From an uncultured delta proteobacterium (lineage in GTDB: Bacteria > Myxococcota_A > UBA9160 > SMWR01): 64,000 nt of DNA. Position 1 is the stretch's first letter. Every line of letters starts with the position of its first letter. Position numbers and translations under genes: made by a program. Shown here piece after piece: positions 39,148 to 47,491 of this stretch. The stretch covers positions 608,001 through 672,000 of the forward strand of contig CAWHTE010000004.1 of the NCBI GenBank assembly GCA_963832165.1, given 5' to 3'. The notes under the pieces were generated by a model. It ran no database searches. It was not told where the DNA came from and saw only the letters and a list, made by a program, of their open reading frames with translations.

Positions 39148-41105
39148 CAGCGCACCTCGACACCCGCGCTGGCGTGGCGCCCGGGCTGCGGAAACGCGGT
39201 CACGTCGCGCACCGCTTCGTCGCCGATGTTGTTCAGGCGCGCGCTGAGCCAGAGCTCCGACACGACGGTGCGCAGGCCGAAGCCGGGCCACTCGACGAGG
39301 TTCAACGCGACCGCGGCATTCCAGACCGTGCGCTCGGGCAGGTGCCGGCTCCCGCCCTCGTCGACGAGGATCTCGCCCACGCGCGAGAGCTCGCCCACGA
39401 GCTTCCACACCGGGTCGGGGCCGAGCTGCAGCCGCACGTCGGTCTCGTACTCGGGCTGACCCGGCAGCCGGCGGCGGTTCGCATCGCGGCGTGAGTCGAG
39501 GAACGTCTGCTGGGCTGCGACCGAGACGAAGCGCGTGAGACGCAGCGACGCCGCGAGCTCGACGCCCTCGGAGGTGGCGTCGCCCAGGTTCTCGGGCCGG
39601 ATCGTGCTCGGGCCGATCTGCAGCCACGCGATCGATTCCTCGATCTCGCGCCGGAACACCGTGGCGCCGAGCCGGAGGTCCGAGAACCACCACGCCTGCG
39701 CGAGCTCGAGCTCGAGCCCGACGTCGTAGTTCAAGGCGTCCTCGGGCTCGAGGTCGGGATTCCCCGCAATGAAGCCCTCGTCGGGGTGGAACAGCTCGTC
39801 GAACGTGGGCACGCGATAGGCGCGCCCGACCTGCGCGCGCACCCGCAGCCAGCGCCAGGGCTCGATCACGAGCCCCGCGCTCGGCAGCCACTCGGTGCCG
39901 AAGCCGTCGGCCCAGTCGAGCCGCGCGCCCACCGAGAGCGACAATCGCTCGTCGAGCACGCGCAGCGTCGGCTCGAGCGCGGCACCGCCGTTCGCGCGCT
40001 CGCGCGCGCTGCGGTCGTTCGCGTGCAGCCAATCCTGTGCGCCGTCGAGCTGCACGCGCGCCGCGAGCATCTGATCGAACGGCCGGAAGCGCCAGGTGTC
40101 GATCGCGCGCGCTCCGAGCGTCTGGAGCCGCGCATTCACGTCGATCGGGTCCTCGAGTACCGCGACCGGATCCGAGAAGTGCGTGCGCTCGTAGCGGTGA
40201 TAGGCAGCCAGCTCGACCTCGTCGCCGAGCGCACGTTTGGGTGCGCCCAACCAGCGCAGCTGCGCGAGGTTCGAGAAGTCGCGGCTGTGCGCGTCGGTGC
40301 GCTGACCTGCGGTGGGTCCGTTTCCGCCGTCGAAGCCGGGCTCACCGCCGTCCGAGTAGACCGCGTAGTCCGAGAAGCGCAGCGTGCCCGGGCCGAGCGC
40401 TCCGCCGAGCCCGAACGTGCCGCCGTGCTGCACGCGGTCGTTGTTGATGCGCGTGGCCTCCTCGGGCTCGAAGCCCGCGGCGACGCCATCGCCGAGCTCG
40501 GTGCGCTGGACGAAGTCGAAGTCGCCCTCGGTCGAGAAGCCGCAGTAGCCGAGGCTCGCGTCGAGCGGGCCGACCCGATCGGCGTGCAGCGCGGAGCCCT
40601 CGAAGGTGTCGAACGCGCCTCCGGAGAACGAGGCCCGTGTTTCCGGCTCGGCGCCCGCCGCGCGCGACACGAGGTTCACCACGCCGCCGATCGCGCCGCT
40701 GCCTTGCTGCGCAGTGCCCGCGCCGCGCGTGATCTCGACGCGCTCGAGCAGCGGCAGGCACGCGCGCGTGAGGTCGAGGCCGCCCGTGAGTGCGCTGTTC
40801 GCGCGCACGCCGTCGATCGCCACGACCACCTGCGAGGGTGTCGAGCCGCGGATCGAGACCTCGGAGCGGTCGCCGGCTCCACCGAAGCGGCGCACGAACA
40901 CGCCCTCGGTCTCCGAGAGCAGGTCGGCGAGGCTCTTCTGCTCGGCCGTGTAGTCGTCCGAGAACAGCACGTCCGTGCTCGCCGCCGGAATCGGGTCGAG
41001 CTCACCCGTGCGCACGCCGCGCACGACGATCTCTTCGGGCGCGGGCTCTTCGGCCGATGCGGCGCCCGCGAGCACGAGCGCGGCGATCAGCGCCGCGGTG
41101 CGCAC
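39144..41105 (-). CDS. btuB: TonB-dependent receptor, probable cobalamin transporter
   Basis: TonB box EEIVVRG, plug SIRGS...IDGV...VEITRG...GAIGGVVN, YRVPTFDEL, NPDLEPE, C-terminal W; lies in a cobalamin-riboswitch operon. Confidence 0.8.
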   Translation of the reverse strand: MRTAALIAALVLAGAASAEEPAPEEIVVRGVRTGELDPIPAASTDVLFSDDYTAEQKSLADLLSETEGVFVRRFGGAGDRSEVSIRGSTPSQVVVAIDGVRANSALTGGLDLTRACLPLLERVEITRGAGTAQQGSGAIGGVVNLVSRAAGAEPETRASFSGGAFDTFEGSALHADRVGPLDASLGYCGFSTEGDFDFVQRTELGDGVAAGFEPEEATRINNDRVQHGGTFGLGGALGPGTLRFSDYAVYSDGGEPGFDGGNGPTAGQRTDAHSRDFSNLAQLRWLGAPKRALGDEVELAAYHRYERTHFSDPVAVLEDPIDVNARLQTLGARAIDTWRFRPFDQMLAARVQLDGAQDWLHANDRSARERANGGAALEPTLRVLDERLSLSVGARLDWADGFGTEWLPSAGLVIEPWRWLRVRAQVGRAYRVPTFDELFHPDEGFIAGNPDLEPEDALNYDVGLELELAQAWWFSDLRLGATVFRREIEESIAWLQIGPSTIRPENLGDATSEGVELAASLRLTRFVSVAAQQTFLDSRRDANRRRLPGQPEYETDVRLQLGPDPVWKLVGELSRVGEILVDEGGSRHLPERTVWNAAVALNLVEWPGFGLRTVVSELWLSARLNNIGDEAVRDVTAFPQPGRHASAGVEVRW

Positions 41106-41896
41106 TGCCGCCGGCGCCGCGCGCCGATCAGCGCGAGCGCGCCCGCCGCGAGCGCCCATGCGGGCAGGGGCTCGGGCAGGTGGAGCACGCCAACCGCATC
41201 GACATCGAAGCCGCCGCTCGCAAACGCGGTGGGGTAGGGGTCGTAGACGGCGCGATTCGCCGCGTCGAGCGTCGAGCCGTCGCCGATCACGTCGACGAGC
41301 CGCACGTGGGTGACGAGATCGAGGTCGAGCAGGCCCGTGCCGACGAGTGGGTCCGAGGCGAGATCGGCGAGGTCGAACCCGGTGCCCTGATCGAGCGGAT
41401 GCTTGCCCGCGAGGTTGTGATAGTCGCTCGGATCGATCACGCCGCCGCCCTCGACCGGATCGGGCTGCAGGCAGGTCGCGGCGAAGCGCGCGAAGTCGAC
41501 CCCGTTGCTCGATACCTCGACGAACGCGAACTCGCCGTAGAAGCCGCCCGGTGCGAAGAAGCCGTTCTCGTACACTGCGAAGTCGTCCCCGGGCCCGTCG
41601 CTGATCCCGTCGGCGAAGCGCAGCGTGAGGCGTCCGCCGTCGCCGAGCGAGAACACGTCGAAGATGTCGTTGGTCGCGGGGCCGAGGGCCCAGCTCGACT
41701 CGCCATGGCTCGCGTTCCCGCTGCCGGGGTTGGCGATGTCGAGCGGGCCGCGCACGGCCTCGACCACCGCGGTGGCCCACGCCGCCATGAGCCCGGGCGC
41801 GTAACCCGACTCGGTGTAGGGACCCGCGCGCGCGCGCGCGGTCCCGAACAGCGCGAGACCGGCGGCCAGTGCGAGCGCGCAGCGCGCTCGCCTCAC
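41087..41896 (-). CDS. PEP-CTERM-anchored cell-surface protein (BtuH-like/cell-surface family)
   Basis: Signal peptide; SLGDGG, DGPGDDFAVYENGF, AFVEVSSNG, GFDL, GFDVDAV; LPEP + TM + RRRR. Confidence 0.7.
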   Translation of the reverse strand: MRRARCALALAAGLALFGTARARAGPYTESGYAPGLMAAWATAVVEAVRGPLDIANPGSGNASHGESSWALGPATNDIFDVFSLGDGGRLTLRFADGISDGPGDDFAVYENGFFAPGGFYGEFAFVEVSSNGVDFARFAATCLQPDPVEGGGVIDPSDYHNLAGKHPLDQGTGFDLADLASDPLVGTGLLDLDLVTHVRLVDVIGDGSTLDAANRAVYDPYPTAFASGGFDVDAVGVLHLPEPLPAWALAAGALALIGARRRRQCAPRR

Positions 41897-42717
41897 GCGC
41901 GGCGCCGCGCGAGCAGGACCAGACCGAACCCCAGCAGCGCGGCGCTGCCGGGCTCGGGCACGAACAGGAGGTTGTCGAGTGCGAAGTAGGAAGGGGTGTT
42001 CAGGTAGCCGAAGCTCTGATCGCTCGAGTCGAGCGCGAACTCGAGCGCGGCGACCGTGCCGAGGCTCTGGAGATTGACGAACGCCCAGTTCGTGAGGATG
42101 TAGTCGAACTCGTCGTCCTCGAAGCGGTAGTCGGCGAGCACGAAGTCGATGTTGCCCGTCACCGCGTCGTCTGCGTCGCGCCCCGTGATCTCGAGGATCA
42201 GGTAGTCGGGATCGCTGCCGCTCGCGCCGCCGAACTTCTTCGCGAAGGCGTCGCCGTCGCGCATCGAGAGTGCGGCGTAGGTGGTATTGGTGAACGCCGC
42301 ACCGATCAGCTCGACGGGCTGGTCGAACGTGATGCGCGAGACGGGTCCCTGTGCGCCGACCTGGCCCCCCGTATAGGCCACGCCGTAGGTGGCGCTGCCG
42401 GAGGAGCCCGAGCCTGCGATCGCGCTGTACTGATTTCCGAAGCCCGGCGTCGTGGTGTCGGTGGTCTGCGAGTAGGCCCAGCCCTGCCAGAAGCAGCTGC
42501 CGCCAAACGTCGTGGTGTCGTTGTTGAACGTCGCGCCCTGGCTCGCGAAGTCCGTGCTCGGGCCCGGTGCGCTGCAGCCGTTGTAGTAGTAGTCGCCCGA
42601 GATCGGCAGGTTCGTGCCGAGGTCTTCGAAGTCGAGCGTGATGGCCGTGCCGGGCGCGGCCAGCGTCAGGGCGGTGAGCAGCGCGAGACCACTGCAGCGT
42701 GCGAGCGATCGGTGCAT
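41893..42717 (-). CDS. DUF4465 (BtuJ-like) protein with PEP-CTERM tail
   Basis: WQGWAYS, NQYSA, TNTTYA, GDAFAKKF, LADYR, W..VNLQSLG, SSD, NTPSYFALDNL; VPEP + TM + RRR. Confidence 0.85.
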   Translation of the reverse strand: MHRSLARCSGLALLTALTLAAPGTAITLDFEDLGTNLPISGDYYYNGCSAPGPSTDFASQGATFNNDTTTFGGSCFWQGWAYSQTTDTTTPGFGNQYSAIAGSGSSGSATYGVAYTGGQVGAQGPVSRITFDQPVELIGAAFTNTTYAALSMRDGDAFAKKFGGASGSDPDYLILEITGRDADDAVTGNIDFVLADYRFEDDEFDYILTNWAFVNLQSLGTVAALEFALDSSDQSFGYLNTPSYFALDNLLFVPEPGSAALLGFGLVLLARRRA

Positions 42718-42867
42718 GGCGGACTTCTCCGGGCGCCGCGTCCGGGCGCCGTGTGGGGTGACACACGGCTCGCGCCCCGCACAGCGGGGTTCCGAAGCGA
42801 GAAGCGAGCGCCGGGGTCCAAGTCCGGGCCTCTTCCTGGTCCTCGAAGAAGAGCGAGCCGTGGTTTG

Positions 42868-43075
42868 AGGGCCGGTCTTCTGGCTCCCGGATCTACCGAC
42901 CGCCGTGCCTTCCCAGCCCCATCGGGCCAGTGGCGTCCTACGGCGTTCGTACCCGGTTACAGCGACGGGCTCGCGCCGGATTCTCACCGGCTTCCCGCAG
43001 GTCGCTGCGCGCCTCGGTGGCATCGCATCGACCCGCCCACCGCCGTCACCGACGGTGGGTCACCCTCGATTCATA
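42868..43075 (-). ncRNA. Cobalamin (B12) riboswitch
   Basis: Minus strand GGGAAGCCGGTGAGAATCCGGC...GCCC...CTGTAA...GCCACTG...GGGAAGGC...GAGCCAGAAGACCGGCC (B12 box); 5' end approximate. Confidence 0.93.
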
Positions 43076-43086
43076 TTGTGCGATCC

Positions 43087-43116
43087 GTTCTAGCCGCAGC
43101 GGACGGAGCGTGTCAA
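43087..43116 (-). promoter_or_regulatory. Sigma-70-type promoter for the riboswitch/B12 operon
   Basis: Minus strand TTGACA-N18-TAGAAC immediately upstream of the riboswitch. Confidence 0.6.
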
Positions 43117-43325
43117 TTGCGTTTGGTTGCGGTTGCCCGGGCCGGGCGGATGTTTGCCGCTCCGGCCCGGGCTTCGGCGGTGAGCCGGAGCCGCGCGGCG
43201 CTCGGGCTCGTGCACGACGGGCCAATCACACCGCCCGGCTTGCCTGCGCCCGTACCTGCGCGACGAATTCAAGCGCCCGGCCTAGCGCATGGGGAGGTTC
43301 ACGCTTCCAGGGGACGAGTTCGAGT

Positions 43326-43517
43326 GCCGGGGTGGTTGGCTTGCTGCGGCGAAGTAAAGCGGAGCCGGCCACGGGCCGTCGCACGGCTCGTGGCAACTTG
43401 GGTTGGACCGGCAACCTGAAAGCCTGAAGCAATCGCTGGCTTCGGATCATTCGGGCGAGAGAGAACGTCACCCCCAGGCCGGCGAGCCATGAGCCGCAGC
43501 AAGCCAACCACCCCGGC
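43326..43517. other. Unassigned element closed by a perfect 25-bp inverted repeat (structured ncRNA, MITE or invertible segment)
   Basis: GCCGGGGTGGTTGGCTTGCTGCGGC at 43326-43350 and its exact reverse complement at 43493-43517; internal hairpins. Confidence 0.6.
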
Positions 43518-43561
43518 CGCACTCATCGATCATTCGCCGACAACCAACCGCCCTGGCCACA

Positions 43562-44680
43562 CTATCCGACTCGATTCAACTCTTTTCGCAACGCAAACAA
43601 CAGTGCTTCGACGTTGATCAAGCGCGCGTTCTCGCCCATGAGTCCGACCCGCCAGACCTTGCCTCCGAGCGGGCCGAGGCCGCCGCCCACCTCGATGCCG
43701 TAGCGGTCGAGCAGCGTGCGGCGCAGATCCGCTTCGCCGCGCGCCGTGACCCACTCGGGCAGCCGCAGCGTCGTGAGCATCGGCAGGCGGTAGGGCGCCT
43801 CGACGAGGGGCGTGAAGCCGAGCACGCGGGTGCCTTCGATCAGCTGCTCGGCGGCCGAACGATGGCGCGCAGCGCGCACCTCCATTCCCTCTTCCTCGAC
43901 GAGTCGCAACCCCTCCGCGAGGCCCAGGATCGCCGACACGGGCGCCGTGTGGTGGTAGACGCGCGCGCCGCCGAAGTAGTTGGCGAGCAGGCTCACGTCG
44001 AGGAACCAGCTCTGCACGGGCGTCTTGCGCGCGCGCACGTGCTCGACCGCGCGCGCGGAGAAAGTCGCCGGAGACAGGCCGGGCGGGCACGACAGACACT
44101 TCTGTGTGCCGGAGTAGGCCGCGTCGATGCCCCATGCGTCGAGCGCGAGCGGCAGGCCACCGAGCGAAGTGACGCAGTCGAGCACCACGAACGCGCCCGC
44201 GTTGCGAGCCGCGCGCGCGATCCCCTCGACGGGCTGGCACACGCCCGTGGAAGTCTCCGCGTGCACGAAGCTCACGACGCGCGGGCGCACGCGCGCGATC
44301 GCGTCAGCCATCGCGTCGTCCGAGAGCGGCGTGCCCGGCTCGGTCTCGACGCAGGTCACACGTGCGCCCGCGCGCCGCGCCACCTCCGCCATGCGCCCGC
44401 CGAACACGCCGGCGACGCCCACGACCACGTCGTCGCCGGGCTCGAGCAGGTTGACGAGACACGCCTCCATGCCGGCGCTTCCGGTCGCCGAGAGCGGCAG
44501 CGTCAGCTCGTTCTCTGTGCCGAAGAGTCGCCGCAGCGCGGCTTGCACGCGGTCGAGCAGCGCCAGGAACGCGGGGTCCAGGTGGCCGACGAGTGGCTGT
44601 GACATCGCGCGCAGCACGCGCGGGTGGACGTTCGATGGCCCGGGCCCGAGCAGCAGCCGCCTCGGCAGGATTCTCGGCAT
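43562..44680 (-). CDS. Alanine-glyoxylate aminotransferase family (class V PLP enzyme)
   Basis: LGPGPS, VHAETSTG, DCVTSLGG, SGTQKCLSCPPG, YHHTAP, WRVGLMG. Confidence 0.93.
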   Translation of the reverse strand: MPRILPRRLLLGPGPSNVHPRVLRAMSQPLVGHLDPAFLALLDRVQAALRRLFGTENELTLPLSATGSAGMEACLVNLLEPGDDVVVGVAGVFGGRMAEVARRAGARVTCVETEPGTPLSDDAMADAIARVRPRVVSFVHAETSTGVCQPVEGIARAARNAGAFVVLDCVTSLGGLPLALDAWGIDAAYSGTQKCLSCPPGLSPATFSARAVEHVRARKTPVQSWFLDVSLLANYFGGARVYHHTAPVSAILGLAEGLRLVEEEGMEVRAARHRSAAEQLIEGTRVLGFTPLVEAPYRLPMLTTLRLPEWVTARGEADLRRTLLDRYGIEVGGGLGPLGGKVWRVGLMGENARLINVEALLFALRKELNRVG

Positions 44681-44730
44681 CTTCGAATTCTACCCAGCTC
44701 GCCCTGGCGCGGCGTGTCATCCTTGCGCGA

Positions 44731-45882
44731 ATGACGAGTGCCGTGCGCGACCGCGAAGCCTACGAACAGGAAGAGCGCGAGCGGCTCGCGCCGTGGGCTG
44801 TGATGAGCGCTGCGTCTCGCGGTCGCGTGTACGCGGAGGCCGAACACCGGCACCGCACCGCGTTCCAGCGCGATCGCGACCGGGTCGTGCACTCGCGCGC
44901 GTTCCGGCGCCTCGAGTACAAGACCCAGGTGTTCGTGTATCACGAAGGCGATCACCTGCGAAATCGCCTCACCCACACGATCGAGGCGAGCCAGATCGCG
45001 CGCACGATCGCGAGGGTGCTGCGCCTGAACGAGGAGCTCGCCGAGGCCGTCGTCCTCGCGCACGACCTCGGCCACACGCCTTTTGGCCACGCGGGCGAGC
45101 GCGTGCTCGCGGATCTCATGGAGGAGCACGGCGGCTTCGATCACAACCGCCAGAGCCTGCGGATCGTCGACTGGCTCGAAGATCGCTATGCGGCGTTTCG
45201 CGGCCTGAACCTCTGCTACGAGACGCGCGAGGGGATCCTCAAGCACGGCTGCCACTGGGAGCATCCGGTGCCGGTGCCGGCTACCGCGAAGCAGCCGTGC
45301 CTCGAGGCCCAGGTGGCCGACCGCGCCGACGAGATCGCCTACACCAACCACGATCTCGACGATGGGCTGCGCTCGGAGCTGCTCGAGCTCGCCGCGCTCG
45401 ACGGCGTGCCGCTGTGGCGCGAGGTGTACGGCGAGGTGGGCGCGCGCAATCGGGGCGCGAGCTCCGCGGTGCTGCGCGCGCAGACGATCGTGGCGCTGAT
45501 CGACCGGCTCTCCACCGACCTCGTGCTCGCGACGGCCGAGCGGCTCGAGCGCGCGTCGCCGCGCGACGTGGACGCGGTGCGCGCGAGCGAGCCGCGCTTC
45601 GTGGGCTTCCATGACGAGCTAGGCGCGGCGTTCCTCGAGCTCAAGGCCTACCTGCGCGAGGCGCTCTACTACCATCCGCACGTGCTCGCGAAGAACGCCC
45701 AGGCCGAGCCCGTGATCGGCGACCTGTTCACGGCCTACGCGAGCGGGAAGCGCGCCGTGCCCGAGCAGATCCGCGAGCGCGTGGCGATCGACGGCGAGAT
45801 GCGCGCGATCGCCGATTACGTCGCGGGCATGACCGACCGCTTTGCGCTCGCCGAGCACGCGCAGCTGCGGAGCGAGTCATGA
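44731..45882 (+). CDS. dgt: Deoxyguanosinetriphosphate triphosphohydrolase (dGTPase)
   Basis: FQRDRDR, FRRLEYKTQV, RLTHT, HDLGHTPFGHAGE, DEIAY..HDLDD, DYVAGMTD. Confidence 0.93.
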   Translation: MTSAVRDREAYEQEERERLAPWAVMSAASRGRVYAEAEHRHRTAFQRDRDRVVHSRAFRRLEYKTQVFVYHEGDHLRNRLTHTIEASQIARTIARVLRLNEELAEAVVLAHDLGHTPFGHAGERVLADLMEEHGGFDHNRQSLRIVDWLEDRYAAFRGLNLCYETREGILKHGCHWEHPVPVPATAKQPCLEAQVADRADEIAYTNHDLDDGLRSELLELAALDGVPLWREVYGEVGARNRGASSAVLRAQTIVALIDRLSTDLVLATAERLERASPRDVDAVRASEPRFVGFHDELGAAFLELKAYLREALYYHPHVLAKNAQAEPVIGDLFTAYASGKRAVPEQIRERVAIDGEMRAIADYVAGMTDRFALAEHAQLRSES

Positions 45883-46298
45883 GCAAGGAGGCCGACGAAG
45901 TCGGCCGACGCGCAGCGAGGCGAAGCCGAGCGAAGGCCGGAACCCGAGCGCGAGCGAGCAGCGAGCGCGAAGGCCCGGCAAGGCAGGAGATCCTGGTCGT
46001 GCTCGTCACGGCTCCCGATGCGGAGACCGCGGCGCGCATCGGCCGCGCGCTCGTGGAGGAGCGCCTGATCGCGTGCGCGAACCTGGTTCCGGGGATCCGC
46101 TCGATCTACCGCTGGGAAGGCCAGATCGCGGACGAGGCCGAGGTCCTGCTCGTGCTCAAGACCCGCGCGAGCCAGTGCGCGGCGGTGGCGGCTCGGGTGA
46201 AGGCCCTCCATCCTTACGCGCTTCCCGAGGTGGTCGCCCTCCCGGTCGTGGATGGCAGTCAGGCCTATCTCGACTGGGTCGCGGCGGAGTCTCGATGA
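45879..46298 (+). CDS. cutA: Divalent-cation tolerance protein CutA with a repeat-derived N-terminal extension
   Basis: LVEERLIACAN, SIYRWEG, LKT, HPYALPEV, YLDWV; ATG overlaps the dGTPase stop. Confidence 0.92.
   Translation: MSKEADEVGRRAARRSRAKAGTRARASSEREGPARQEILVVLVTAPDAETAARIGRALVEERLIACANLVPGIRSIYRWEGQIADEAEVLLVLKTRASQCAAVAARVKALHPYALPEVVALPVVDGSQAYLDWVAAESR
45883..45983 (+). repeat. ~100-bp structured repeat element, in-frame copy inside the cutA 5' end
   Basis: Encodes SKEADEVGRRAARRSRAKAGTRARASSEREGPAR; near-identical to the two other copies. Confidence 0.9.
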
Positions 46299-47491
46299 GC
46301 TCATTCCATGTCGGGCTGCCCGAGGCGCTGGAGCGCGCCGCGACTGCGCTGCCGCAGGCCGCGGACGTGATCCGGCCCGCCAACGGCGACCCGGGCCAGC
46401 TCGCGCGCGATCTCTCCGCGGCCGATGCGGCCGCCGTGCTCAGCTGGCTGCTCGAGCACGAGCCCGCTGCGGGGGAGGAGCTCGCGCTCACCTGGGGCGA
46501 GGATCCCGCCACGGCAAGCCCCGTGCTGGGCCTCGCGCCGGACGCGCTGCCCAAGCCCGCACGCAAGGCGCTGCGGCGCGTGCTGCACCGGCTGCGATCG
46601 AGCGGCGTCGCGGTTCCGGAGGTCGCGCCCGCGGCCACGACCGCCACGCTCGCACCGCTCGACGAGGCGATCGACGAGGCCCGCGTGACCGCGTTCGACC
46701 CGCACGGCGTGCGCATCGCCTATCTCGCCAACGACCGCGCGGGTGGCGGCGTGCGGCTGTTCGAGCTCGCGCTCGACGACGCGCGCGGCGTGCTCGAGTT
46801 CGAAGTGTTCGAGGCGGGGCGCTCGCGCGCGCGCCGCTTCCTGCGCGATGCGGGCCAGCGCCAGGCCTGGCCCGCGGTGCCCGCGCCTTCGGCGTCGGTG
46901 CGCGCGCTGATCGCGCGCGCGGTCGCGCACCAGGCCAGCGACCGCTCTGCGCCGCGCCAGTTCTCCGAGTGGCGCACGCGCTTGTGCGAGGCGCCGCCCG
47001 GCACGCAGACGCCCGGTGAGATCGCGCGCGCGGAGCTCGGCGCGGGAGAGCTCGAGCGCGAGACCGTCGTCGGCTGGGTACGCGACGGCGTGCTCGGCCC
47101 GTGGCCGCCGCCGATCGAGCGCGTGCAGGGATTGATCGAGCGGCTCGACGAGCTCGCGAAAGGCGTGGTGATCGTCTCGGAGGCGGCGCGCCGCGAGCAG
47201 GTCGACCGCGCGGTCGAGGACGCACTCGACGCGATCTATGCGCCCGAACAGCGCAGCCGGATCGCGGATCTGTTCGAGGAGACCGCCTACGTTTGGTGGC
47301 GGAGCGGTCGCGAGACCGAGGCGCGTCAGGCGCTCGCGGCCGCGGGCGACTTCCGCACGCGCGAGCCGCGCGAGAATCCGGTTGCGCGCGCAATGATCGA
47401 ACGGCTGCTGGCGCCCGCGCTCTTGCGCGCGCGCTCAGACAGCCGCGAGCCGGCGGCAAACACCGCGTCCGCGCTCGAGGAGAGAGGCTGA
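46295..47491 (+). CDS. Hypothetical protein (helical N-terminus, alpha/beta middle)
   Basis: 398-aa ORF with normal composition, coupled to cutA (ATGA) and to the next gene (TGATG). Confidence 0.7.
   Translation: MSSFHVGLPEALERAATALPQAADVIRPANGDPGQLARDLSAADAAAVLSWLLEHEPAAGEELALTWGEDPATASPVLGLAPDALPKPARKALRRVLHRLRSSGVAVPEVAPAATTATLAPLDEAIDEARVTAFDPHGVRIAYLANDRAGGGVRLFELALDDARGVLEFEVFEAGRSRARRFLRDAGQRQAWPAVPAPSASVRALIARAVAHQASDRSAPRQFSEWRTRLCEAPPGTQTPGEIARAELGAGELERETVVGWVRDGVLGPWPPPIERVQGLIERLDELAKGVVIVSEAARREQVDRAVEDALDAIYAPEQRSRIADLFEETAYVWWRSGRETEARQALAAAGDFRTREPRENPVARAMIERLLAPALLRARSDSREPAANTASALEERG

Noticed and set aside
43290..43330. tRNA-like GTTCGAGT
   Set aside because: No T-stem pairing and no cloverleaf
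43326..43517. Retron msr-msd, SAM-I riboswitch or 6S RNA
   Set aside because: No reverse transcriptase nearby; CCGGCAACC is present but the other SAM-I motifs are not; the interior looks multi-branched rather than a 6S-like rod. Kept as unassigned
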